Shown piece after piece: positions 11,180-19,365 of a stretch of 64,000 bases of DNA; the stretch's first letter is position 1; every line of letters starts with the position of its first letter. The notes below the pieces were generated by a model. The model had not been told where the DNA came from. It made no database searches and saw only the letters and a list, made by a program, of their open reading frames with translations. The stretch is from the IMG/VR virus record IMGVR_UViG_3300032030_000047, positions 1-64,000 of that record. One strand, given 5' to 3'. The position numbers and the translations under genes are program-made. This DNA comes from a virus (lineage: Duplodnaviria > Caudoviricetes).

Positions 11180-11590
11180 TTATATCATAATTTCAGAGGA
11201 AGTCAAATGTTTAAGTTCTTCAATAAAATCCTCATATTTCTTCAAATAATTAGAATCAATTTTAATGATTTCATAGCTATCAGCATAATCGCCACCATCA
11301 TGCTCAATAGAACCATACCATCCTGGGCCAGTATATTTTTCCCAATTTAGAATGTTTTGTTCCCATTCGGTATAATACAAATAATCCCAATCTTCTTTAC
11401 ATGTAACATTAAAAATTCTCATCCAAGTTTCATCATCAGGAAGGGAAATACCACTTTCTGCCACATAACGTGTACCAGCCAGCGCAACTGCATCATGTCT
11501 GATTGCACTAGCCTTATCATAATGATGAGTTCCATCTATAGATACATAAACTGGCCTAGAATTAATTACTGATTCATATTTAATCTGCAT
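11180..11590 (-). CDS. Hypothetical protein
   Basis: ORF track. Confidence 0.6.
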   Translation of the reverse strand: MQIKYESVINSRPVYVSIDGTHHYDKASAIRHDAVALAGTRYVAESGISLPDDETWMRIFNVTCKEDWDYLYYTEWEQNILNWEKYTGPGWYGSIEHDGGDYADSYEIIKIDSNYLKKYEDFIEELKHLTSSEIMI

Positions 11591-12143
11591 CTATTTCCCT
11601 CTTATTCCATATATCTTCTTTAATCTGATCCAAGTTTACTGGATAGCAATTATGAGCATCCATTTCTACATGATAACACATTTTATCCCAATCTGCCCAC
11701 TTATCTTTGGTATGGCTGTGGCCACAAAGATTAGCTACTTTGCGCCAAGCCTCGTTATTTCCGGTCAAAGTGGGATAATGCGATAGGTAGAAACTCCATT
11801 TTCCACTCTTAATAACAGTAGCATAAGAATCCCTTTCTGTGCCGAGAAGCTGGATTTTGGGGCACGCGGGTAGGATTTTTCCTATCTTTCCTAAAGTATC
11901 GTGATTCCCGAGAATCCATATTTGGTGTCCCTTAAGCCGCTGCAGATAAGGAATAGCAGTATCAACATCACTAAGAGCAATATCACCTAGATTATAAACA
12001 AAATCTTCGTCTCTTACAACCGAGTTCCAACGTTCCACGATAGCTTCGCACATTTCTTCTGTAGAAAAGAAGCCACGCGGTTCGTATAGGAACGGTTTGT
12101 TATGCATTAAATGCAAATCAGAAGTAAACCAAATATCTCCCAT
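11580..12143 (-). CDS. Metallophosphoesterase (possible RNA 2',3'-phosphatase)
   Basis: SDLH, NLGD, GNHD, SHYP, GHSH motifs; adjacent to the kinase. Confidence 0.85.
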   Translation of the reverse strand: MGDIWFTSDLHLMHNKPFLYEPRGFFSTEEMCEAIVERWNSVVRDEDFVYNLGDIALSDVDTAIPYLQRLKGHQIWILGNHDTLGKIGKILPACPKIQLLGTERDSYATVIKSGKWSFYLSHYPTLTGNNEAWRKVANLCGHSHTKDKWADWDKMCYHVEMDAHNCYPVNLDQIKEDIWNKREIDAD

Positions 12144-12144
12144 T

Positions 12145-12672
12145 TTATGACTCCTTCCAGTAGGGATCCATCATAAAGGAGAAATCTCCTTTCTTATCTC
12201 CTACTTCAATAATTTCCGTGGCGCGGCGATCTTCTTCAAGAGTCGGCGCCTTAAAGGAGCGGAACATGCCACGAATTACATCAGGGCCTACATAAGCCAA
12301 GCCCTCGCGCGTTGCGTCCCGCTCACAACATTCAGTATACAAGGTATAGAATACGACATACTTAATTTCATAATCTACGCCAATGCGGTCAAGCGCATTG
12401 GTAAGCTTCTTGCGCGAAAACTCATTAAGATGAGTAGCATCTGCAATTACATCAAAACCATAAACAAGAGTCTGCGCCAAGGTGCCTACAAACTTTTTGA
12501 AAACTTCCTTTTCATGGGCAAAATAATCTTCGCCTTCTTTAAGCATAGAAAATCGAATCTCATCACGAGAAACATAACGAATATCCTGCTCACTATGCTC
12601 TGCAATGAAAGCATCGCTCCAAGTGCTTTTGCCACAAGCGCTCGGGCCGCAAAGAATATATAAAATCGCCAT
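12145..12672 (-). CDS. P-loop polynucleotide kinase (T4 Pnk kinase-like, AAA_33)
   Basis: GPSACGKST, SRDEIR, DATH. Confidence 0.85.
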   Translation of the reverse strand: MAILYILCGPSACGKSTWSDAFIAEHSEQDIRYVSRDEIRFSMLKEGEDYFAHEKEVFKKFVGTLAQTLVYGFDVIADATHLNEFSRKKLTNALDRIGVDYEIKYVVFYTLYTECCERDATREGLAYVGPDVIRGMFRSFKAPTLEEDRRATEIIEVGDKKGDFSFMMDPYWKES

Positions 12673-13532
12673 TAGTAATTCCTCCTAAGAATAAACTGTG
12701 CATGAGTATGTAATGTAGGAATAAAAAATAGATTTTTCCAAGCCTCTGTGTAATATGGAAGTTGATAATGTGTCTCAAAAATGGGAGTATAATCACCAAC
12801 TAAGTCAATGAGATCTTTTAACATCCAACTAAAATAATCCTCTTTCATTTCTTGTTCCCAGCCGTTATCTTTCCATTGATATTTCATAAGAAAATGAATA
12901 AAATTGCGCCAGATTGCAATAGTACTATGTTCTTTTTCAAATTCTTTAATATATTTTGGATCAATATTAAGCTGGCTAATGATATGCTCACGCTGAGTAG
13001 TAGTTACAATATTTTTATTATAATCAAAGTACATATCTCGAATAGTAATGTACTTCGGCTGCAATTCTTCAATAAGGCGCCGGATAGTTTCTTTACCGTC
13101 AGGACTAGAGGAAAAAACCTCATGTAACACAGAGGAAAAGTTAATGCAGATTTCATCAGGCCGATAATGCTGTTTTGCCATAGCAATCATATCTTCAAAA
13201 CTATCATGTCGATCTGCAAAAGTTCTTTCTTTATGAAAGAAGAAGGTATTTTTATCCGCAGGAGACTCAAGTTTAGTCCAAGCCTCAACAATCAGATCAT
13301 CGTTAATGTCATAACCGTAGAAAGTAGTATTGGGAAACAGCGGCGCGAGCATACGAATCATAGCACCATCGGCGCATCCGAAGTCAATAACAAGCTTCGC
13401 GCCGATGATTTTATCCATAAAGAAAGCTTTATCCCATACCGACTTACTCATTTCTTCAGTATAAATATCAAAATTCATTTTTACGCTCCTTCGTATATTC
13501 TTTCGGCATTTTGCCATATAGGATAAACTCAA
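12672..13532 (-). CDS. Class I SAM-dependent methyltransferase
   Basis: VIDFGCADG, YGYD, SSVLHEV; start could be MNFDI. Confidence 0.8.
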   Translation of the reverse strand: MSLSYMAKCRKNIRRSVKMNFDIYTEEMSKSVWDKAFFMDKIIGAKLVIDFGCADGAMIRMLAPLFPNTTFYGYDINDDLIVEAWTKLESPADKNTFFFHKERTFADRHDSFEDMIAMAKQHYRPDEICINFSSVLHEVFSSSPDGKETIRRLIEELQPKYITIRDMYFDYNKNIVTTTQREHIISQLNIDPKYIKEFEKEHSTIAIWRNFIHFLMKYQWKDNGWEQEMKEDYFSWMLKDLIDLVGDYTPIFETHYQLPYYTEAWKNLFFIPTLHTHAQFILRRNY

Positions 13533-13650
13533 TCGAATTCAGAGGATTAAAATCAGTAGTGCGCGAATGTGTTACTTCTGGGAAACCAGTATGCTCGTTA
13601 TATCCATGAATATGAGCGTCATACTTATCATATTCAATGTTATTTTCCAT
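13468..13650 (-). CDS. Small hypothetical protein
   Basis: First ORF after promoter 13678 with RBS. Confidence 0.55.
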   Translation of the reverse strand: MENNIEYDKYDAHIHGYNEHTGFPEVTHSRTTDFNPLNSIEFILYGKMPKEYTKERKNEF

Positions 13651-13707
13651 TTTCTCTCTCTCCTTCCTTACATAAAAATTATACTATAATTTTTAAAAAA
13701 AGTCAAA

Positions 13708-13739
13708 TAAAAAAATGGCGACAAGTATAACTTGCCGCC
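13708..13739 (-). terminator. Rho-independent terminator
   Basis: GGCGGCAAG-TTATA-CTTGTCGCC followed by A and a T-run. Confidence 0.8.
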
Positions 13740-14195
13740 GATTATGATTGCCAGTCTTAATGGGGCGACTTTTGCTAAAACGCATTATCCCACTGGCGCC
13801 GTAGGGTGGCGAGTTTAGGTGCCGCCGCCTACACACCTATGATACACGGTCGTTATTAGCAGAGTGACCGGTACCTCTGAGGCCGATTTAACGAGCTGGC
13901 CGCGTACTCGATGACACTCTCAAACCCAATTCTGCCGGATGCATCTAACCTGAGTGTCCTTTCCATACTTCCACATGCCTGTGACCTTTCAGCTGGTTAT
14001 AAGGTGCTTCGGGCAAACATATAAGCCAAAGGAGTTATTAGCTGTCGCTTATATGCTGATATCCCTGGTCCCTCGCCTTAACCCGTAAGGTTCATTTATG
14101 TAACCTACACCGACACTTATTTATCACGCAAAAGCGCTTGCGGACGGATTGCACGGGTACGTCTCCGGTGGGCCTCCTATCTTCGTATGGGGTTA
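13708..14195 (-). ncRNA. Candidate large structured ncRNA (~490 nt), family unknown
   Basis: No credible ORF, GC-enriched, many stems and an H-type pseudoknot (13801-13840), ends in a terminator. Confidence 0.65.
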
Positions 14196-14204
14196 CCAAT
14201 ATTA

Positions 14205-14432
14205 TTAATCTTCCCTAAAAGCGCAGTCGATTTCTTCTTTGGAAAGACAATAATCCTCTTCATCATTATACATTATTTCTTTCAAATACAAGTCAAAAAC
14301 ATCGCTATGACCATAGCTTGTCACTACATGATCTGCAGCCTGACTCCACCCATTAGCGGCTACAATACCTTCATCGTAAGTTTCTTTATCCCTATAACTA
14401 TCATACCAACCAACTTTATACTTATAAAACAT
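14205..14432 (-). CDS. Hypothetical protein
   Basis: ORF track. Confidence 0.6.
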   Translation of the reverse strand: MFYKYKVGWYDSYRDKETYDEGIVAANGWSQAADHVVTSYGHSDVFDLYLKEIMYNDEEDYCLSKEEIDCAFRED

Positions 14433-14794
14433 TATTTATGCTCCTTTCGATAGTCGATGCGATTTTCGCGCACATCAGGAACCTCTTCCCAGACTTTGCA
14501 ATCTTCAATAATAAACTGATTAAAATCGTGCCAGAATCTCCAATCCATATCAAGGCCATTATACCAACCATAATGCTGTCTACCAGTCTTACGATCGTGC
14601 ATAATAATCTCAACATACATCATCATACCGCTATTATCCTCAAACTTATGAATAAAAGTTCTGTTTTGAGAAATATAAAAGCGACCAAGCCATAGTTCGT
14701 CATCTTCAATACACTTATTTACATAGCGGCAATACTGATTAAACCAACGTTGATGGTTCTTACGCTTATGAGATTTCATACTGTACTTACGCAT
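14432..14794 (-). CDS. Hypothetical protein
   Basis: ORF after promoter 14820. Confidence 0.65.
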   Translation of the reverse strand: MRKYSMKSHKRKNHQRWFNQYCRYVNKCIEDDELWLGRFYISQNRTFIHKFEDNSGMMMYVEIIMHDRKTGRQHYGWYNGLDMDWRFWHDFNQFIIEDCKVWEEVPDVRENRIDYRKEHK

Positions 14795-14844
14795 CTCTAT
14801 CTCTCCTTTCTGTATTTATATTATACCAGAAATTTTCGATAAAG

Positions 14845-15300
14845 TCAAACATTAGGATGCCACTCTTCAATTTCATACCCATGTTCTTTAAACCAACGTT
14901 GTACCATTACGCGTTCACTACAAGGATTGGTTGGGACTTCATAGAAGAGAAAGGCAAAATCTACATCTGAAAGATGCTCATCGCGGCAAATCTGTGTAGC
15001 AAGTTTTCCTAAACTATTTTGAATCGTAATTGGATTAATTTTATCGAGTTGAATTTTATAATTTTGGAGGAATAAGCAATCTTCTGGGTGCTTAGGATTG
15101 CATTTCCCGTTACACAAACCATCACAGCTATGTCCCGGCTTAAAAGGAGGACAATCGACACATATCACTCCACGCGCGTCTTTCCCTATTTTTCTCCAGC
15201 GCGGGTTCCATATAGTTGTTGAAAGGCCAATTAGGTTTTTGGGGAAGTTACGCACTTGCGCCCAATAAGATGTGTAAAGTTTCAATATTCTGCCTCCCAT
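14845..15300 (-). CDS. Hypothetical protein (DUF488-like N-terminus LYTSYW)
   Basis: ORF track; C-terminal CSER...RWF. Confidence 0.6.
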   Translation of the reverse strand: MGGRILKLYTSYWAQVRNFPKNLIGLSTTIWNPRWRKIGKDARGVICVDCPPFKPGHSCDGLCNGKCNPKHPEDCLFLQNYKIQLDKINPITIQNSLGKLATQICRDEHLSDVDFAFLFYEVPTNPCSERVMVQRWFKEHGYEIEEWHPNV

Positions 15301-15617
15301 CCTTCAAACTTAGGTTTTCGCGCGAGTTCAAACTTCTCTTCTTGCTGATTCCATAGAAAGTACCAATATTCGCGCCGAGAAGGAAGTGAATAAAGACCAG
15401 GTTCTACCTTACAAACCTCTGCGGCTTGAGCATAATAATCTTGCAAGTCACACCAGTTTTCTTCTACTGCGCGAATAGCGACATCTTTTTCGTAGTAAAA
15501 ACCTACTCGTTCTCGAAGACCACAACTTGGAAGCTTCTTAGAATCCAAATGCCAAGGTTCACTCATTACATAGATTTCATAGATTGGAGTTTCATCTTTA
15601 GCCATACTTACCTCCAA
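15282..15617 (-). CDS. Hypothetical protein
   Basis: ORF track. Confidence 0.6.
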   Translation of the reverse strand: MEVSMAKDETPIYEIYVMSEPWHLDSKKLPSCGLRERVGFYYEKDVAIRAVEENWCDLQDYYAQAAEVCKVEPGLYSLPSRREYWYFLWNQQEEKFELARKPKFEGWEAEY

Positions 15618-15953
15618 TTACTTTTCGGAATTCATAAGAATACGCTGATGCTCGATTGCATCTTCAATATGAGAATGGTCATATGTAGTACCATCGGTGC
15701 ATTCCCAAGTTGCGGCAATAAGTTTCAGATTGCGCTTAATCTTATTGCGCTCAGTGGCAGACATAAACTGTCCTGTTACTGGATTTGCATGTGCTTCAGG
15801 TACAAGGTCTTTAAGGCGCATTCTGCACCAACCCTGACCGCATTGCCCTGCTTGGTCTGTATCATAGCATAGTGCATAACTGTGATTATCAATCACTACA
15901 TACTGATAAACTTCATAACGTTTGCCATTCTTACGATGATACATAATTTCCAT
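15618..15953 (-). CDS. Hypothetical protein
   Basis: ORF with RBS. Confidence 0.6.
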   Translation of the reverse strand: MEIMYHRKNGKRYEVYQYVVIDNHSYALCYDTDQAGQCGQGWCRMRLKDLVPEAHANPVTGQFMSATERNKIKRNLKLIAATWECTDGTTYDHSHIEDAIEHQRILMNSEK

Positions 15954-15982
15954 TTCTCAGATACTTCCTTTCTTTATTTAAG

Positions 15983-16096
15983 CAGTCCCTGTTGGAATCG
16001 GACCAACACGTGTGGAGTCATGGTGCCAGATTGGAGAGTTGAACTCCAAATACCCTATCTGACAAGTCCACTGCGCTACCATTACGCTAAGGGACT
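15983..16096 (-). tRNA. tRNA-Gln(UUG) interrupted by a 43-nt insert (16021-16063) between positions 34 and 35
   Basis: AGTCCCT/AGGGACT-G acceptor, D arm, GTGGA-CTT|insert|TGAC-TCCAC, T arm GTTGG-TCCGATT-CCAAC. Confidence 0.8.
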
Positions 16097-16099
16097 ATA

Positions 16100-16202
16100 A
16101 ATGCGGGTGAGGATTTGAACCTCACATAGTTGGCTACCCGCTCAATTTAATGGCAAAATGTCACCAACCTCGCGCAGCGTCTACCCATTTCGCCACCGCA
16201 TT
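16100..16202 (-). ncRNA. tRNA-like RNA with acceptor, D and T arms but a long non-canonical arm in place of the anticodon arm
   Basis: AATGCGG/CCGCATT, GGCGAAATGGGTAGACGC, GTGAGG-TTCAAAT-CCTCAC. Confidence 0.6.
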
Positions 16203-16204
16203 AG

Positions 16205-16289
16205 CGACACTAGCACGGCTCGAACGTGCATACCCTTTCAAGTAACCGCAGATTAGCAATCTGGTGCGTTACCATTCCGCCATAGTGTC
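16205..16289 (-). tRNA. tRNA-Ser(GCU)
   Basis: Cloverleaf, long variable arm, G73. Confidence 0.85.
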
Positions 16290-16298
16290 ATTTTATTA

Positions 16299-16478
16299 TT
16301 AAGAATACCATTTTGGCATCTGTTCAAATATAGCTACACCTTCAGTATAACCTAAAGAGTGTAAACATCTTACCATTAAATCATCAGCACGCACATGGGC
16401 ACCTTCTTCATCATATACATCATTGTCTAAATCTTCTGCGATTTTTTCCATCCGTTTAGCAAATTCTTCTTTAGTCAT
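16299..16478 (-). CDS. Small hypothetical protein (59 aa)
   Basis: GAGG RBS, MTKEEFAKRMEK...PKWYS. Confidence 0.6.
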   Translation of the reverse strand: MTKEEFAKRMEKIAEDLDNDVYDEEGAHVRADDLMVRCLHSLGYTEGVAIFEQMPKWYS

Positions 16479-16617
16479 ACTAATATCCTCTCTAAAATAG
16501 TAAAACGCCGCGGAAGAGTTGCGGATACTACTCGGCCTCTTTCAAATAGGGCTCTTCCACCATAAGGTTCCCAACGCGGCAATCTATTAGCGCCGAAGCG
16601 CGAATATTTAATTAACC

Positions 16618-16713
16618 TAGGCCATTTAAATTTGAAGGACTTGAACCTTCTCAAAAATTTATTAAAGCAAATTTTCTTTATCCTGTTATAAAAAACTATG
16701 CTGTAATGGCCTA
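16618..16713 (-). ncRNA. Y-RNA-like RNA (terminal stem, CAGCA motif, residual T arm)
   Basis: TAGGCCATT/AATGGCCTA stem, ACAGCA, GAAGG-TTCAAGT-CCTTC. Confidence 0.6.
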
Positions 16714-16716
16714 AAC

Positions 16717-16830
16717 TAGACAGCTTCATAATTAATTGCTCTACCAATTGAGCTACTTCTCCAATGGAGAAGATTGGATTTGAACCAATGACGCATTCTT
16801 TCTATGTAAGCAAACTGCTGTAACTGTCTA
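16717..16830 (-). ncRNA. YrlA-like Y RNA (circularly permuted tRNA mimic)
   Basis: TAGACAGT/GCTGTCTA stem; T arm, then CTTCTCC-ATT-GGAGAAG closed acceptor, then D arm GCTC-AATTGGTA-GAGC. Confidence 0.8.
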
Positions 16831-16835
16831 TAATG

Positions 16836-16906
16836 TCGAAGATGTGCGATTCGAACGCCTATTGCTGCTCCCGAAGCAGCCGTGTTACCGTTACACTACA
16901 TCCTCG
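16836..16906 (-). tRNA. tRNA-Pro(CGG), weak T stem
   Basis: GCTGC-TTCGGGA-GCAGC anticodon arm. Confidence 0.7.
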
Positions 16907-17028
16907 ATAAACGCGGCATAAGCCGCGCAAGAAGGAGATGATTACCATGTTACTTTTGCAACAAACTTTTTAGTTGCCTCTTCTTTAAACTTTTTCTCTC
17001 CTTTTACACTATTATTATATCAGAATTT

Positions 17029-17331
17029 TTACTCATTGTCAAGCATTTGATCTTCCATTTCTTCGATACGTTTTTCATCTTTTGGCGACCAATTTTTTGA
17101 TGGCGCATAATTTCCATGGATTTTGCGCCTGTGTCCACGATTATTTGTTTTTCTATAGCGCGAGCACACACCACAAGAGCAATGAATTTTAAATGAGTCA
17201 TATTTATTAAACTCATTAAAATAATCATCTTCATGATAAACTTCTTCAGTAATGCGTTTATGCCGCAAAGCGTGTCTCTTATGCTGATACCTTAGATAAC
17301 CTCGATTATCATGCATATGCATCAACTCCAT
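17029..17331 (-). CDS. Basic His/Cys-containing hypothetical protein
   Basis: HCSCGVC motif. Confidence 0.6.
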   Translation of the reverse strand: MELMHMHDNRGYLRYQHKRHALRHKRITEEVYHEDDYFNEFNKYDSFKIHCSCGVCSRYRKTNNRGHRRKIHGNYAPSKNWSPKDEKRIEEMEDQMLDNE

Positions 17332-17342
17332 CTGATATAATG

Positions 17343-17428
17343 CGCCAAGAGGAAGTGCCGACCTCCATTCCTGTTACAGAACCAATCCGCTTCCAACGGA
17401 TGCTCAGGGCCGCCTGAGTTCTCTCGGC
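17343..17428 (-). tRNA. tRNA-Ser(GGA) with 8/4 cloverleaf
   Basis: 8-bp acceptor, 6-bp D stem with 4-nt loop, V arm, 4-bp T stem, G73. Confidence 0.75.
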
Positions 17429-17431
17429 ATA

Positions 17432-17518
17432 TGGCGACCACCTGAGGTATCGCGCCCCATGCCCTTTAGCACGCACCGCTTTCGAGGCGGGCCTAGTAAC
17501 TTTACTAGTTAAGTGGTC
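17432..17518 (-). tRNA. tRNA-Ser(CGA) with 8/4 cloverleaf, encoded CCA
   Basis: GACCACTT/AGGTGGTC, CTAGTA-AAGT-TACTAG, GGGG-CGCGATA-CCTC, G-CCA. Confidence 0.75.
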
Positions 17519-17756
17519 AATAAAGAGATTCTATCTTTTTTGGTTCCGGATTATACCATTTTTTATGTGCTCCGCAATAAGGACAATATGAATATAGTTT
17601 AGTAATCTCTTGTTCGAAACTAAAACTTCCGTCTGGCTTTCTCTTATTGGAAGAACAAGCATATTCAAATCCACATTTGCAATGAGCATATAAAGCTATA
17701 TCGCCTAAATATTTCCTTATTTCCCAATGATGGTCTATACCACGCCCTTTTCTCAT
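17517..17756 (-). CDS. Zinc-ribbon hypothetical protein
   Basis: HCKC...CPYC. Confidence 0.65.
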   Translation of the reverse strand: MRKGRGIDHHWEIRKYLGDIALYAHCKCGFEYACSSNKRKPDGSFSFEQEITKLYSYCPYCGAHKKWYNPEPKKIESLY

Positions 17757-18055
17757 TCCATATACCTCACAGGCTTATCATGTAAAATCGCATATTCAAT
17801 TTCACTACGGGTACTCGCGCCGATGTACTTATCTTTATTAATTACAAAGATTTCATCCGCCATATCAATCTTGCGCTTATGAATATCATCGAGCATTTCT
17901 TTTTGCTCAGCAGTAAATACATCACCAGCATGGCCAAAGCATCCCACACTAATAACTATATTACCCTGAAGAGTTAGCTCTTTATTGATACGTTCAAAGT
18001 CTTCTTTGAAGCGCGTACTGCCGCATAAGGTTACTACATTGTACTTGCCTACCAT
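17753..18055 (-). CDS. Conserved hypothetical protein (Rossmann-like, DUF4406/deoxyribosyltransferase-like)
   Basis: VVTLCGSTRF...HKRKIDMAD...YIGASTRSEIEYA; GGAGG RBS before ATG 18055. Confidence 0.7.
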   Translation of the reverse strand: MVGKYNVVTLCGSTRFKEDFERINKELTLQGNIVISVGCFGHAGDVFTAEQKEMLDDIHKRKIDMADEIFVINKDKYIGASTRSEIEYAILHDKPVRYME

Positions 18056-18071
18056 ATTATCCTCCAATAAG

Positions 18072-18142
18072 AGGCTTGAATGGGAGTCGAACCCATCTAC
18101 CAAGTTTTGCAGACTTGTATCTAACCGCCTGATTCTCAAGCC
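18072..18142 (-). tRNA. tRNA-Cys(GCA)
   Basis: Cloverleaf, U73. Confidence 0.9.
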
Positions 18143-18151
18143 TATATAGTG

Positions 18152-18222
18152 TGGAGATACGGGGTGACGCTCCCCGGCCTGAAGCTTGCAAAGCTACTGT
18201 TCTACTGTTATACTATATCCCC
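18152..18222 (-). tRNA. tRNA-Ala(UGC), atypical T loop
   Basis: GGGGATA/TATCTCC with G3-U70; T loop AGCGTCA. Confidence 0.8.
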
Positions 18223-18227
18223 ATAAG

Positions 18228-18301
18228 TGCCCGGGGTGGGAGTCGAACCCACAAAACCACGGCTCTGAACCGCGTACATATGCCAATTCTGTTACTCGGG
18301 C
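18228..18301 (-). tRNA. tRNA-Leu(CAG), short variable loop
   Basis: Cloverleaf, 5-nt variable region, A73. Confidence 0.85.
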
Positions 18302-18587
18302 ATAACAGCACTTTGGAATGGTGTTTTTCGCCCCAATTACAGAGGTCCGGCCTCTCTAACCTGTGCTATTATTTTCGGAATTATTTCTTGTGCTACCGAT
18401 TGCACACTTTTTAAATCGCTCCAATAAATTAAATTGTTAGTAAATAATGAGCAGGAGCTTACTCGTTGCGCCTCAATGTTTTGCATATTATTTTAATTTT
18501 TGGCGCAATGTTTATCTTCTCTATGCGAAACCCACGGACATTATATCGCTTTATTTAGTGCACTGGGATAAATAAGATAAACATAAG

Positions 18588-18661
18588 TACCCGTGAGAGG
18601 GATCGAACCTCCAAAATACTGGGTTTGAGCCAGTCACATATACCTGTTCTGTTACACGGGC
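18588..18661 (-). tRNA. tRNA-Leu(CAA), short variable loop
   Basis: Cloverleaf, 5-nt variable region, A73. Confidence 0.85.
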
Positions 18662-18734
18662 ATAAAACAAGACTCATTTTGTAAGATTGATTAAAAGTCA
18701 ATGACAAAAAGAATTTGCTGTATGAGTCTTTAAG

Positions 18735-18805
18735 CAGGAGAGCCTGGATTCGAACCAGGACGAGCGGTTTTGGAGACCGCGCGACTACCGTTATCTTACT
18801 CTCCT
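18735..18805 (-). tRNA. tRNA-Trp(CCA)
   Basis: Cloverleaf, G73. Confidence 0.9.
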
Positions 18806-18872
18806 ATACAATCTCGCCGCAGTACCACGTTCATAGAATATTTTACGACCGCTATTGCGAGACATTCGGTCG

Positions 18873-18949
18873 TGGTCGGGCATTCTGGAATCGAACCAGA
18901 AACCTCAGACTTATCAGGTCTGTGCGCTAACCAATTGTGCCAATGCCCG
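18873..18949 (-). tRNA. tRNA-Ile(GAU)
   Basis: Canonical, encoded CCA. Confidence 0.92.
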
Positions 18950-18951
18950 GA

Positions 18952-19165
18952 AGCTTCCCCTGTGCCAAAGCTATATACGTAACGGGCCACAGGGAGACCG
19001 ACTACACACATAATGTATGTACTCACGTGATATCTCTATCTTTGCATCATTAAGGCTTTTCATCCCAAGTGTATATATCGTTTCAACTTGCTTGGGCTAG
19101 AGATTGCCGCCACCTTTCCGCGCTTTGTAGTCACAGCCATGTCAGGTGGATTGCGTAATTTCCTT
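18952..19165 (-). ncRNA. Candidate structured ncRNA after promoter 19178
   Basis: Stems CCACCT/AGGTGG, TCTCTA/TAGAGA, CCCAAG/CTTGGG, CCCTGTG/CACAGGG. Confidence 0.45.
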
Positions 19166-19282
19166 CTTACTGAAATAATTATACTATAAATTTTATTAAA
19201 TGTCAAATATACGATTTATGCCGACATCGTGAAACGCCTGTCTCATCTTATTTCACCCACGCATGACAGTATGTTGGGAAGT

Positions 19283-19359
19283 TGGCGCCACCGGCTAGAG
19301 TCGAACTAGCATCCTCTGCTTTTTCAGAGCAGTGTACAGACCGCTTATACGACAGTGGC
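19283..19359 (-). tRNA. tRNA-Phe(GAA)
   Basis: Cloverleaf, encoded CCA. Confidence 0.9.
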
Positions 19360-19365
19360 ATAATA

